Numbered from the stretch's first letter, positions 47,965 through 61,369 are shown. The stretch: DNA of 64,000 bases from Camelus dromedarius (GCF_036321535.1 NC_087436.1:104906001-104970000); one strand, 5' to 3'. Program-made: numbers and translations. The notes: generated from the letters alone by a model not told the origin.

Positions 47965-48420
47965 AGTTGGTATCGCTAAGATGGGGCTCTAAAATGGAGC
48001 CAGGAGGTCATTAAGGAAGTGTGACTTTTACACATTGGCCTGAATGGAATCTCACGTTTTGACCTGATAAAGTGGCGTACAGAAACTGCCAGAAACTCAA
48101 GATACTTATCGAATCCTTACCCTAAAATAACTCATGACAGTCTATGTAAGTGTCAGATCCCTACCCTAAAACTAATTGTCATTCCTTGAGAACAAATATT
48201 TTCTGACTCTGGTCAGAGTCAATCACAGTTCTCACCAGGCAACTTTTAACAACTTCACACGTTTTTGTTTTTATAAGTCCCTCTCTCTTCCTCAGAACAT
48301 TCTTTTGGAGTTACCCAGTATTCTTTCAGAGTAACATTCTCTTCTGTATCTTCCAAACTATAATTCTTAAGACCTTGAATAAACACTTTTTAAAACACTG
48401 TACACTGATAAACACTGTTT
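47965..48420 (+). mobile_element. Probable ERV1-class solo LTR, family not recognised
   Basis: aaaatggagcc near the start, TATA-like tataag (~48272) and AATAAA (~48378) in U3-R order. Confidence 0.55.
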
Positions 48421-48429
48421 CCATCGTCA

Positions 48430-48950
48430 TGGTATCACGTGGAGGGTTTTCACTGCCCTAAAACTCCTGTGTGTCCCTCCTGCCCCAACAGTCACTGCTC
48501 TTTTCACTGTCTCCATAGCTTGGCCTTTTCTAGAATGCCATGTAGTTGGAATCATACCGTATGCAGCTTTCTAGATTGGCTTCTTTCTCTCAGTAATTTG
48601 CATTTAAGTTTCTTCCATGTCTTTTCATGGCTTTCTAGCTCATTTCTTTTCAGCTCTGAGTAATATTCCATTGTCTGGATGGATCACAGTTTATCTATTC
48701 ACTGACTGAAGGGCATCTTGGTTGTTTCCAAGTTTGGGCAATTTTATTTTTAAGTTGCTCTGAACATCGATTGCAAGCTTTTGTGGGCACAGAAGTGTTC
48801 AGTTCATTTGCATAAATACCAAGGAGAGTCATTGCTGGATTATATGTTAAGAGTATGTTCAGTTTTATAAGAAATCACCGAACTGTCAAAGTGGTGAACC
48901 AGTTCGCATTCCCACCAGAATGACTGAGAGTTCCTGTTTGCTTCTGTAGC
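48430..48950 (-). mobile_element. L1M 3' region
   Basis: gttggaatcatac...tattccattgtctggatg...gggcatcttggttgtttccaagttt. Confidence 0.85.
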
Positions 48951-51576
48951 AGGACCCGCAACCTTTCTTGTTCGTGACTTCTCTGCAAGGAGTTCTGCCT
49001 GGCTGAGCAGCTTGGCCCCAGGAGGGGGCATGAAACATGAGCCAGGCCAGTTCTCAAACACTGACCAGGCACTTTCTTCATGGAGTCAACAGGAATAGAA
49101 AATAAGAGCGTTCCTTATGGTGAGCCAGCTAGCCTTTGTTCTGAGTCCCTGGTTTCCTTAAGTTGACCTACTGGGAGAATGACCCTTGGTGTTTCCAGGG
49201 CCTCAGCCATGCGCTCAGAGGGTCACCCCAGCCCACCGCTGTTTGCTGCTCAGGCGCCGGGAGCCGCCCCACAGCTCCTCAGCCTATTCAGGAGCCAGCT
49301 GACATTCGGGTGGCCACATTCTCTGGCTTTCTCTTTGCAAGGTCTCCAGGAGGCAAATCCAGGCCCTATCAGAGCCGGCCTTTTCTGAGCTTACTCATAG
49401 CTGCGTTCCCAGGTCGGGCTAACCAACGGGGGGCACCACAGGCCCAACAGGAGCTCTCTGTCCCACCCTCTCCCTGCTGTTGCCTGAACCACACATGCAC
49501 ACCCTCACCTCCAGCCCTTGCTCTGGTGGTTCCCCTCTTCTGACGTGGGCCCAATGCTGCCCATCCCGTAAGACTCAGCCCCACCTCTGTGACTATTTCC
49601 CATTTACTGGCCACCACTATTGCCCTGGGACACTGAATGCTTTGAAAAACATCTCTTATCTTATCTTGGGAGTGGTTTACAAATGTATTACACTCTAAAT
49701 TCTTTATTTTTTGCCTGTAATCTAGTTTTGCTTTTGAGTGTACGTCCTCTGGGTACTGGTGGGGTTGGATAGAGGAGTGGGGTCAGAAAACTGTTTACTC
49801 CAATGTAATAAACTAATACAGTGCCATTGGGTAGTTGAGTTTCTTCAGGGAAAACGCCTACTCGCTCAGAAACCTCCTCCCCACCCCCACCCGCCCCACC
49901 GCATACACACCCTATTCCTCTGCAGCATGGCATCATGTTGGAGCTGTATCTCCGTACCTTCCCTACAGTTTTGCTGTGGGCCTGAAACTAATCTAAAGAA
50001 ATAAATTTCATTTAATTTTTTTAAAGCTAAAGGGGACCAGTAACAGTTCAAAATTAATAACGTTAACATTTGAAGAAGAGTCACAAATATAAGAAAAATA
50101 GTACTCATTAGGACTTTAGGAAATATTTATAGGAATTCTGAGAGGCCTTAAAATAATTTTATCCCCAGTAGAGCGTCTTCTAGGACCCATAGGTCCACAG
50201 TCGCCCAGAGTGGGGACACTCGGCCTATATGGCTTGCTGTGTGGCCCTGAGCAACCAGCAGGCCACTTGAACCCACTTCACCGGTCTAGTTGTCTTCAAG
50301 CTCTGACCTACAGTGACTGGGTTTTTAAACTCACACTGGGCACAGAGACTTCTGGCCCCTCTCTTTTTCATTCAGCCACTCCATAATCCCGGTTGAGTTT
50401 CCTCTCTTCCAGGTGGAAGAGAATCAACACTTCTTGACTATCTAGCATTCAGTGGTACTTGCCATACTTGTTTCTATAAGCTGGAATCCAAGTAGGATCC
50501 AATCTATCCATTGGGAGTGGTCAAAGGGTACCCCGTCTCTCAAAAAACCATTTGCAAGCTCATCTTCGGGTGGAGGCTGGAATGTCTTCTGGGAATGTAT
50601 CTTGATTTGCTGTTCATGCCTGGGGCTCAGACATGCCTAACACACTTGAGGGCCATGGGTTGGGAAGCCCTTACAGAAGCCAGGAGGGAAACTGACCCTA
50701 GACAGCCATGTACCCTTGGGGCTGCTGGGGAGAACTAGATCGACTTTACAGACGATCCCTTCTTAACCCTGCCGTTCCAGAAATATGTCACACTGGAAAG
50801 AGCTGTTTCCCTAAATTCTGATTCTCTGGGGCCCTAACAGGCTGTAGAGTGTAAGTGAGGGAGGGGATATTTTGTATCCCATTCTCCTTATCAGAACCAT
50901 TACCCTAAGTCACGAATCCGGCTCCGTGTGCTGCTGAAATCCATTGCTGAGTACTCTGAAGACGTTTGTTAAGTAAGTAAATGGACCAAGCCATCCTGCA
51001 TAATGAAGTTCAAATCTTCTGCTGTTTATCGGTGAGTCTCCCCTGCAGTTCCATCAAATGACCAGCCTGAGCCAATTAATACTGAGGAAACTGAACTGAG
51101 AGTGGTCCCCTGGCAGAGTTGTGGGAACCAGGGGCTGCCGGGTGAGGAGGCACATCCCCAAACTGAGGGACATCAGGGCTGTTTATGAACCTGCTTCCAG
51201 GAAGGGAATTTCCTCATGAGCGTAGGGGCCCTTGTCAGTCAGGTATCAACATTAATGCAACCTCAGTTGTATCCTCAAGTTGGGGAACTCTGAGACATCA
51301 AGTTCATATTTCACTTAATTCTCACGATACCACTGCAAATAAGCTACACATTTCCCCCATTTTATGGATGAATAAACTCGTGTTGCAATCATACTGAGGA
51401 ATGAGTAACTGTAAAATCTCAGTGGCACACAGCCATATGCAATTATTTCTCACTCAGGCACCTGTAAGTTGGCTGTGGTTCAAATGATCTAGGCTCGGCT
51501 TAGTTCCAGGCTGTAGGGTGGGTTCAAACTTGCTCTCGGTGTTTTTTTCTGGGGTCTGTAGGCAACTGGGGCATAT

Positions 51577-52072
51577 TGCATGGGATCAGGATATGCAACC
51601 CCAAAATATACCACTTTGGCATAAAGATTATTGACAGTCAGCAGATGCAGGAAGAGTTCTCTGCCCTTTTCTTTTCTGCCCAAAAGCAGGGCATAAATTT
51701 TCCTTTGTGAAAGTGCCTCCTTCTCTCCTGCACCAGCAACTCTTATCAGTGGAGTTGGAGAGTCAGCCCTGAGATGAGTCTGCATTAAAAAAGCTTACTA
51801 AAATAACCCATGTGTTCCATTGGTTTCTGCACATATTTCCTAGTTGCTTCCTAGTTTATCCTTCAAATCCCAAACCCCCTTTCCTTTGTTAAAATGGTAT
51901 ACAAGCTCCTTTGTCTAATCACTTCTTTACATTTCTCTTTTTCTCATGGGTGTAATATATTAATTAAAAAGTATATGCCTTTTTTTGGTTAATATGTCTT
52001 TTATTGGTTTAATTTGCAGGCCCCCATTCACTAAACTGAAGAAGATGGAAGAAATTTTATCTTCCCCAACCA
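51577..52072 (+). mobile_element. MER34-like ERV1 solo LTR, apparently inserted in an older MaLR LTR
   Basis: tatgcaaccccaaaatataccactttggcataa...aaagcagggcataaatttt...ttatcttccccaac. Confidence 0.75.
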
Positions 52073-52861
52073 TCTCATAACAAAAGTCTCAAAACTCAAC
52101 CAGGCAAGCATTTTGAAGCTTTCATTTATGTTAACTCCACTCATGTCCCATAAGCTAAAGCAAGTTATATGGGTAACTAAGTGAGTAAGGAGGGAAGAGT
52201 ATGTCTCCTGTGGAGGTGGGTGGGGGCTGGCTTCCAATTTCCATTTGTCTGACACCAAAGCTGAAGCTGCTGCCTTGCAGCCTTCATTGACTGCCCCTCC
52301 TATGAATTCCCCAGGCTCATTGACTTTACCACTCGATGAAGGAATTAGTTACATACTCTTGTCACATTGTCCAGGCCTTTGTACTTCGGAACTTGCTTTG
52401 TTTCCCCAGTAGGATTGCTCAGTTATTAAAGAAGGGGCACTTCAGGGTCCCCCACCCCTAGCCCCTGTACAATGCTGGTACAGAAAAGGATCACAGTAAG
52501 TCATTGGAGAAGGGCTGGTCAGGTTTATTTTTCCTATTTTCGTACCAAGAAACCTGTAGTAAGTGCCGCTGTGGGTATCCTGGTGGATTACATGCAAATG
52601 AGCCCCAAAGAGCTGAGCATGTACCTGTGGCCCCATGATGCTGGAAGAATTTGACATCTCCTCATTATTTCGGAAGATTTTCCACCAGCAAGTACATCTG
52701 ATTTAATCAGCACTGTATCCTCCTTGCAGACTTAATTAGTAGCTCTTGTCAAAACTCAGCTTCTTGGTAAGAGCAAACTTAAAAAAAATTTTTTTTCCCA
52801 AGATTATCTCCTTATTTTCAGTTACGTTTCATCCAGATGTGAGACCAAATTCTCACTTCCT

Positions 52862-53452
52862 CTTTTTTAAGTTGAGCTATAATTGACATATAACATTGTG
52901 AAGTTGAGGTGTACAGCATGTTGATTTGACATGATTTATATGTTGCTATATGATTACTGCTATGGCGTTGCTAAGACTTCCATCACATCACATAATTATC
53001 ATTTCTTTGTGAGAACATATAAGATCTAGTCTCTTAGTAAATTTCAAGTATATAATATAGTATTGTTAAAATTAAAAATAGAACTACCATGTGACCCAGC
53101 AATCCTACCTCGGGGTATATGTCCAAAAGAAATAAAAAAACAGGGTATTGAACAGGTGTCTGCACTCTCATGTTGTCGTATTAGTCACAATAGCCAAGAT
53201 AGGGAAACAACCTAATTGTCCATCAATGGATGAATAAAGAAGACATGGTATGAATGTATAATGGAATGCTATTTAGCCAGTGAAAAAAGGAAATCTGGCC
53301 ATTTGTTTCAATATGGATGGAACTTGCATCAGTATGGATGCTAAATGAAACAAGACAGAGAAAAACAAATACTGTATGATCTCGCTTATATATGAATTCT
53401 AAGAAAAGCTAACTCATAGAAACAGAGAGTAGAGTGGTGGTTACCAAGGCCT
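52862..53452 (-). mobile_element. L1MA-like element with 5' inversion
   Basis: Antisense 3' end (52862-53067) abuts sense-oriented upstream L1 sequence (53068-53452). Confidence 0.8.
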
Positions 53453-54202
53453 GCAGATAGTTATGAGACTCTGGCTTGATTTTAATTTTTTTCTGAATAA
53501 TGTTTTTTACTAATTACAAAAGTAACAAGTAAATTACAGAAAAATCTGGAGAACATGGAAAAACACAAAAACCTCCATAATTCCTATAGCTGAGGTCTCC
53601 TGTTACTAGTAGGGTTTACATTTTCAGGTTTTGGAGCTAGAGATAATGGGTACACAGACAATACTGATTTCTAATCTTTCTGACTTAACTCTTGTTTTTC
53701 ACTTAATAGTTTTCTATGTCAAAAAATTAATTTTCCTTCACCATATTTTAAATGGCTGAATTATATTTCATATATGGATATATTTATTTGGTTTATCCAA
53801 TCCCCTTATGTGGGACAGTTATGTTATATCTGATTTTTTGGTTATTGTATTAAATTCTGAGAAAAAACAAAAAAACTTGTAGCCAAATCTGTGATTTCCA
53901 TAGTAATTCCCTTGGGATAAATCAACAGAAGTGGCATTGCTGGACCAAAGGGAAAGTGCGATTTAAGACTGGTTGTATATGGCTCACCGTGTTCGGCAGC
54001 TTAGGTTGAGGATGGCTTGACTGCTCAGCTCAGATGCTTGGATTTTCCACGGGCTTCTGAACAGCTCCAGCCTCCTGGGCTGAAGCTGCCCTGTGGGCTC
54101 AGCCGCTGCTCGTCCTTGCTTGCCTGCTGCATTTCCACCCTTGGTAACCAGATATTCCCGCATCCATCGCTCTCTCCCTGAAGGCTTAAAAGTAGAAGCG
54201 TC

Positions 54203-54935
54203 CACTGCTGGTGGGAATGCAGTTTGGTGCAGCCACTGTGGAAAACAGTATAGAAATTCCTCAAAAGACTAGGAATAGATTTACCATATGACCCAGCAAT
54301 CCTATTCCTAGGCATATATCCAGAAGGAACCCTACTTCAGGATGACACCTGCACCCCAATGTTCATAGCAGCACTATTCACAATAGCCAAGACATGGAAA
54401 TAGCCTAAACATCCATCAGCAGATGAATGGATAAAGAAGAGGTGGTATATTTACACAATGGAATACTATTCAGCCATAACAATGAGAACATAATGCCATT
54501 TTCAGCAACATAGATGTCCTTGGAGAATGTCATTCTAAGTGAAGTAAGCCAGAAAGAGAAAGAAAAATATGATACGAGATTGGTCATTTGAGGAATCTAA
54601 AAAAAAAAAAAAAAAAGACAAAACAGAAATACAAAACAAAAATAGACTCATAGACATAGAATACAAACTTGTGGTTGCCAAGTGGGCGGGGGGTGGGAAG
54701 GGACAGACTGGGATTTTAAAATGCAGAATAGATAAACAAGATTATACTGTATAGCACAGGGGAATATATACAAGATCTTGTGGTAGCTCATAGCGAAAAA
54801 AAAATGTGACAATGAATATATATATATATGTTCATATATAACTGAAAAATTGTGCTCTACACTAGAATTTGACACAACATTGTAAAATGACTATTACTCA
54901 ATAAAAAATGTAAAAAAAGAGAAAGAAAGAAAGAA
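54203..54935 (+). mobile_element. Young lineage-specific 5'-truncated L1 (ORF2 C-terminus plus 3' UTR and A-rich tail)
   Basis: cactgctggtgggaatgcagtttggtgcagccactgtggaaaacagt...atttgacacaacattgtaaaatgactattactcaataaaa. Confidence 0.9.
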
Positions 54936-55915
54936 AGTGAAAAGACAACCTGTGAATAGGAGAAAACATTTTCTTTTTTTTTTTTTTTTAACATTTTAAA
55001 ATAATACATCTGATAAGGGTTTGGTATCTAGATTATATAAAAAAAACTCTTAGGACTCAATAAAAAAACAAACAACTCAATTGAAAAAAATGGGCAAAGG
55101 ACTTGAACAGACAACTTTCCCAAGAAGATGTACAAATAGTCCAGAAACACATGAAAAGATGCCAATATCCTTAATCATTAGGGACATGCAAATTGAAGCA
55201 TTTAAATTTCACACTCACTAGAATTTTTTAAAAATGGAAAATAACAAGTATAGACAAGGGTGTGGAAGGATGGAAACTCTCATACTTTGTTGGTAGGAAT
55301 GCAAACTAGTTCAACTGCTGTGGAGAAGAGTTTGATAGTTCCTCAAAATTTAAACTTAGAAGCGCTGTATGATCCTGCTATTCCACTTCGAGGTATATAT
55401 CCTAAAGAATTTAAAGCAGAAACTCAAACCAGTAAATGTGCAAGCATGTTCATAGCATCAGGTCTTATAGTAACCAAGAGGAGGAACCAGTCCAAATGAC
55501 CATCATTGAAAGAGTGGATAAGCAAATCATGGTATATAAAATGGAGTATTATTAAGTCATAAAAAGGTTACTGATACATGCTGCAATGTGGATGGATGAA
55601 CCTTGAAAACATTATGCTTTGTGAAAATAGCCAGAAACAACAAAGTCATAAATTATATGATCTGTTTATATGAGATATCCAAAACAGATAAATCCATAGA
55701 GAACACAGACAGGAGGTAACCAGGGACTGGGGGAAGGTGTAACGGGGAGAAACTGCTTAACAGATAAGCTGTTTTACTTTGGATTGATGAAAATGTTTTG
55801 TAACTAGATAGAGGTGGTGGCTGCATGGTGAATGTACCAAATGCTACTGAACTGCTCACTTTAAAATGGTTAATTCTGTGTTATAGGAATCTCACCTTAT
55901 TAAATTTCTTTTTAA
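54936..55915 (+). mobile_element. L1MB-like 3' portion
   Basis: aaatgggcaaaggacttgaacagac...aaccttgaaaacattatgct...ctttaaaatggttaatt. Confidence 0.85.
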
Positions 55916-56379
55916 AAATCACGAGAGGTCCAAAGCCATTCTTTAACAAACAAACGAACAATCCAGCTGGAGTAGATAGGTGAGCACACTCTCGAGGGGA
56001 CGAGGGTATGTCTCTTGGTCTGTGAAATAAGGATGACAGTAGTTCCGGCTTCCCAGAGCTCGTGAGGAATCGATAAGTTAGTCCATGCAAAGTGCTGAGA
56101 ACAGAGCCACACGCACGGTAAAGACCCCATACGTGTTTTCTATCATCATTATTAATAATTCTCGCCCAAGGGACCCACAAGAAAACTTCCTCAAAAGTCC
56201 TAACAAAACTATTTCTTCCTACATTCCTATGAAGATTATAAAAAAAAAAAATCAACAGCCACCTCTGCATTTGAAAAAAAGTGAGACAGAACTAACCTGA
56301 GTGTAATTCTTTAGGAATTCATTATTGGATTCTACTGTCAGGTCCTTAGCAAATCCAACCACAATTATCTTCCATCTTC

Positions 56380-56540
56380 TGGGTAAGTATAGAATCTCCA
56401 TTTTGCAGCTGGGGAAACTGAGGCTCAAAGAGGTTACATACCTGGACCAATACCTCGCCAATGGTCAGTGGTAGATCTAGAGTTCAAACCTAGTCTGGCA
56501 CTTACCCAAACATATATGCTTCCTAGGCCATTGCACTGCA
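56380..56540 (-). mobile_element. MIR SINE
   Basis: ccattttgcagctggggaaactgaggctcaaagaggtta. Confidence 0.8.
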
Positions 56541-57869
56541 TTCTCTACTCAAAGTCACTTTCTGAGCCAAGCCTATTGGAGGGGGACAAGGGTGAAAGGA
56601 GAAGGAGGAAGAGGACGAAAGAGCCATGGTGTAAAGGGAAGGCCCTCCAAGGGTGGGGACCAGAGGGAGGGGCAGTGGGGTGCACACCCTGCTGACTGGT
56701 ATTCCCAACCCCGCTGACTTTCTAATTGGCCTCGGCAACATCCTTGATTCCTTTCATGATACATTAATCGCAAGCACCAGACTGGGACCAGCCTGATGTG
56801 GTCTCGCCTCGCTACATTAACTTGCTGATTTGAAAGGAGTTCTAAAATATTGGCCAGGACAGATGCATGGGAAATCTGAGCCCTCTCTCTGTCCTCTACT
56901 TCCAGTTCACCCCTGCCCCACACCCCTTGCATTACTCAGCCCTGGAAGAGAAGAAGCCTCTGCTCGTGCTGGGTCTGAGGGATCAAGACAGGCGTGTCTG
57001 CCCAGATCACCTCTTCATAGGATGATGCCTTGTCCCTGCCTTCTGCCACCCACTAAAACCTCAAAATCTTGCCCGGTAGATCCAGACTTGCCCAGATAAT
57101 CAGCAATATAAAGCTGGTCAGGGCGTGGAAGGATGACCTCAGCTAATCATCATATGCTTTAGTTGCTTAGGATCAGGGCCAACCAAGAGGGAAGCAGGAG
57201 CATTGCTTCCTTGCTGAAAAGCTGAGCTGGTGGTAAGAGAAACTATAGATTCACACTTTAATACTGAAAGGCACCAGCCTAATGGGCAGCCTGTGTCTTC
57301 CTAAGGTTGACGGCAGATCCTTATCCCTGGGCGTCTGGGTGCCTGGGAACTGACACTAAGCTCCCCCAAGGACTGCTCTCACTGGTGTCACTGTAACCTC
57401 AAGCCTCCCCGGGGCTCTCCTTCTTCCTCCTGCCTGCTGGGGTCCTAGGTACCCGGGAGGCTGCCTTGGAACTTGCCTGCTTTTTACCCACAGCTAGAGA
57501 GCCTGGTTCCACATGTAGCTCACTCAACTGGAGGAAAAGACAGCAGGTTGTACACCCACCTTTGGGAATAGGGCACAGAAGTGAAGGAAGCACTTGCACG
57601 ACCCTGAGAGTTAGTGTCTCCTTCACTTTTGTGGCCCGAGTGCCTCTCTTGCCTCACCCTAGCCTTGTCCCTCTTGATCCTTAGCCATGCAGGGCTCAGC
57701 AATCTGCACACAGAGAGCAGATATGACTCTCAAGGGCTCCATGGGACTCCATGGACCCTGTCTGGGAGGCTGGTGACTAACACTAGAAGGCCAATTTAAT
57801 GCCATATAGAGTTTGGGGTTTTAATGCAGCTATAGATTACAAAATGGGAGGGGGCTATAAGAATAATAC

Positions 57870-58090
57870 CAAGACCTTACTGAACTTCTACTATGTACCA
57901 TGCAGCATAGTAAGGGCTTGACACTCAGTAGCTCACACAATCCCCAAAACTCTACGAGACAGATATATGAATACATTATCCCCATTAGATAGATGAAGAA
58001 ACTGAGATCTAATAAGATTAGCGATTTGCTTAGGATGATGCAGCAGCATGGAGGAATCCTGATGCAACCAGCAGTGAGACTAGTTTGAAG
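57870..58090 (-). mobile_element. MIR SINE
   Basis: attatccccattagatagatgaagaaactgag. Confidence 0.75.
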
Positions 58091-60202
58091 ACCATTACAA
58101 ATCATTGAAGTAAGAGATGAAAAGGGCATGAACTGCAGGGGCAGTAGGCGCACAGGATTTGATCAGTATCACAGAGGGGACGTTGACAGGCTGCTTGAGC
58201 CCGGTTGTGGAGGGCGAGGCGGAGTAGGGAATTGAAGACAGCTCCCAGGTTTCTGGCTTTTACCACTAGGTGGGTGCGTGACAATTTTAAAAGCCGCAGC
58301 TCTTTCAGACAGAGGAAGCTGACATCAGAAGCAAAGTGCTCGTTTCTGCTGAAATCAACAGGATTTATGTGGAAGCCCCAGTTAGTGAATGAGGGGATGA
58401 GAACTAGGAAGTGAGAGAAGTGTTTTTGCAGGTTTTTCAGGCAGCCTTGTGGGCCTTTCGTCTTGAGCTACTCCAAATAATTCTGAGATCTTCCTGGTCT
58501 TTAAATGTCACTGTCAATGTGACTCCTTAGGGTTTCAACCTATCCACCTGCATCAAGTCCAAATTCCTCCTAAGAGCGTGCAGGCCCTTCTTAATCTGTA
58601 TCTGATGACTTCTCTACGCTTCCAAGCTCATCTCTCACACGCTTCCCCTCATACCCAACCTGCTGCCCTGCAAGCAGTTCCTCAACAATGTTCTAAGGTC
58701 CTGTTCTGCTCCTACCCTTGTCCCCTTTTCTTGGAAAGTACCTCCCTTGGCCCCTCCTCCTGCCCTTTATCAGTCTGATGCTGTGTTTAGATGTCACCCA
58801 CTCCTGGAAGCCTCCCCATCCCAGCCCTAAGGCATTGGGTCCTCTCACCTACTCTGTGCTGACTTCTCAGAATCAACAAAATTGTGTGTATTTCAGCCTT
58901 ATCAGGCACCAAGCAAAATAACTAAGAATCTCTGTATTTCTCCATCTAAGTGTTGTAGTTATACCGCAGGGGGTCTGTGAAATGATTCTAGGTGGATTTG
59001 AATTTCTATAGCTATCATTTGTTTTAATGTTCATTAGAGAAAAAATAGGACTCACATATCAGAACCACTGATTTCACAAATATTGGTGCTTAGGAAGCAA
59101 AGTGGGTGGCGATGTTAATGAACTAATTGTAGAGGTTGCAGAGAGATGGAGTAAACATTCTAAGGGAGAGATGCTAATTCCTGGGGCTTGGGGAAGTCTC
59201 ATTTAATCCTTACAACCACCCTGTGAAATCCACATCTTCACATTTCTGAGATAGCAACCCACAGAGGTAAAATAACTTGCCCCGTGTCACAGGTCTACAG
59301 GAGGGGCTAGAATTTGCTCTGAGGTTGGGTTGAGCCCTCCTGCTCTAGCAGAACTAGCACACTGGCTTTGTCTGTGTGTCTGTTTCTCTGTGGACAGACA
59401 GCTGAAGTTCCTTGAAAGCAGGAATGTGTGTTGCTGCCATGGCCAGCGCACTCCTGATGCACAGTGGAACTTCTGAAGGTTTCTGTGGAAAGAGCCAAGG
59501 GCTGCAAGAGGGACTGACTGCTGGGCACACTTTGCAAAGCACATTCACAACCATTTTTATTTGATTTCCCCCAAACCTTTCTGAAGAGAAGATGATCTGT
59601 TGCTCTGCCCACTTCACAGGTGAGAGCGCTGATGCCGAGTCTTGCTAAGAGCAATACAGAGCAGGATCAAAGTCACCAGGCTGCCATCGAGGCCCCAGGG
59701 GACTGTCGAGGTGAGGCAGGAGGGAGGAGGTGAATGGTCAGCAGGACTCTGCAGACCTGAGACAGATTACGTTTCATCTCAAGCACAATTTCCGTTTCCA
59801 GGCTGGGGGCTCAGCTGGCCAAAGCCACGGGGAACGTCCTGTCCGAGGCAACACTGACAGTCACTGGGAGATTTCTCTGGAGTCACAGGAGTTACCCCCT
59901 GGGTATGGAGATAGATACAAGGAGATGAAGCCTTGTCCCTGAGCAGAGGGAGACTCCAGGGTCCTGTCCACTTTCCCAGTCACTCAAGTTTTTCTTTTCT
60001 TTATTGTTTTTTTTTTAACTAATGACAAAATAATATAAGTTCAAAAAATTGGGAGGAGGGCCAAAAACTATAAATACAAGTGTTTATATTTTCTTATATA
60101 TTTATATATGTGAATTATAAATATATAATATAAATATAATATATATACAATTTTCTTTATAAATATTTCTTACCACCCAGAAAGGACTGTTGACATTTCT
60201 GG

Positions 60203-60287
60203 AGGGAGGGTATAGCTCAGTGGCAGAGTGTGTGCTTAGCATGCAAAGGCTCTGGGTTCAATCCCCACCCAGTACCTCCATTTAAAA

Positions 60288-60330
<43 letters not shown>

Positions 60331-60432
60331 ATCTAATTATCTTTTCCCCACCAAAACAGAAAAAAAAAAAAAGAAATAAAGAAAGAAAAAGAAAAGAAAG
60401 AAAAGAAGGAAAAGAAAAAGAAAAAAAGAAAT
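60203..60432 (+). mobile_element. tRNA-Ala-derived SINE (Vic-1-like) with expanded (TAAA)n and GAAA-rich tail
   Basis: GGGAGGGTATAGCTCAGTGGCAGAG...CTTAGCATGC...GGGTTCAATCCCC; (TAAA)~12 at ~60283-60330. Confidence 0.92.
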
Positions 60433-60664
60433 AGCTTTAAAAAAAAAGAACATATGTTATACACTTTTTAAAAAAAAAAATTTTGTGTGTGTAAAAAAAA
60501 GAAGGAGGAGAGGAAGAAAGGAAGGAGAGGAAAGAAGAGAGAGGAAGAAAGGAAGGAAGGGAAAAAGAAAAAAAGGAAGGATGGAGAGAAAAATATGAGG
60601 CCTGGCAAACTTGATTAAAAAGGGTCTTAATTTTTGCCCTTTGCTGGGGGCAGAGTCCTTCCAA

Positions 60665-60800
60665 CTCTGATCTCAGGATTATCAGCATCAGAATCACTTG
60701 GAACATTTACTAAAAATGCAGATTCCTGGCCCTCGACCTACTGAATGGCAGTGTCTGGGATGGGCCCGGGGTTCTGCCTTTTAACCGGTTCTGTGAAAGT
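60665..60800. mobile_element. MER5-like fragment
   Basis: cagcatcagaatcacttgg...aaatgcagattcctggccc...cctactgaat. Confidence 0.75.
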
Positions 60801-61325
60801 GTGGTCACTCCAGGAACACGTGGCCCACAGAAGGCATCCTGAAGATGGGGCCCTGGAGGGGCCGCTTCTGGTGGCGGAAAACCTCCCCAGTGCTCATGCC
60901 GGGGCCTGGCCTGGACGTCTGTAGGTTTGAAGAAACAGCTCCACCGTTCTGCAGAGCCAAGAGTCAGCGTGGCTTGCCGGGATGTTCATTGATTTGGGAC
61001 TTCCTCTGTGGACACCGGGGATGCAGGGAGATTGGAGGTCCCTGGGCCTGGCCGGAGGGGAAATTGAACCGAGGCTGCGATCTGAGAGGAAGGAGCTGGC
61101 AGAGATGCAGGGAGGTAAGCCAGGGGGAAAGCCGGATAGGGGAGCTAACAGACTGAGTTGAGATGAACGTTTTCCTTCTTGTGTTGTCCACCCTGCGACA
61201 TTTGCAAGTTTTTAAGAAAGCCTCTGACTTTAAATAACAGTCTTGGTGCTTCAGGAGCATGAAGGGTAAAAGCAACACCGAGTGAGCAGTAATGCGGTGA
61301 CCCGACCGGGAGCTGCGGGCAGGAG

Positions 61326-61369
61326 ACAAAAGGTGGTTTGGAACAAAAGGTGGTTTGGAACAAAAGGTG
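61326..61369 (+). repeat. 17-bp tandem repeat ACAAAAGGTGGTTTGGA x2.6
   Basis: Seen directly; the copies are perfect. Confidence 0.92.

Noticed and set aside
42657..55859. Short ORFs in the 42-56 kb region (e.g. 45199-45516, 45462-45659, 54025-54315, 55260-55499)
   Set aside because: They are sense or antisense readings of decayed L1 ORF2/3' UTR, not host genes, and no L1 ORF is intact.
61326..61369. Short direct repeats as a CRISPR-like array (also 8012-8042)
   Set aside because: Head-to-tail copies with no spacers in a mammalian genome are simple tandem duplications.
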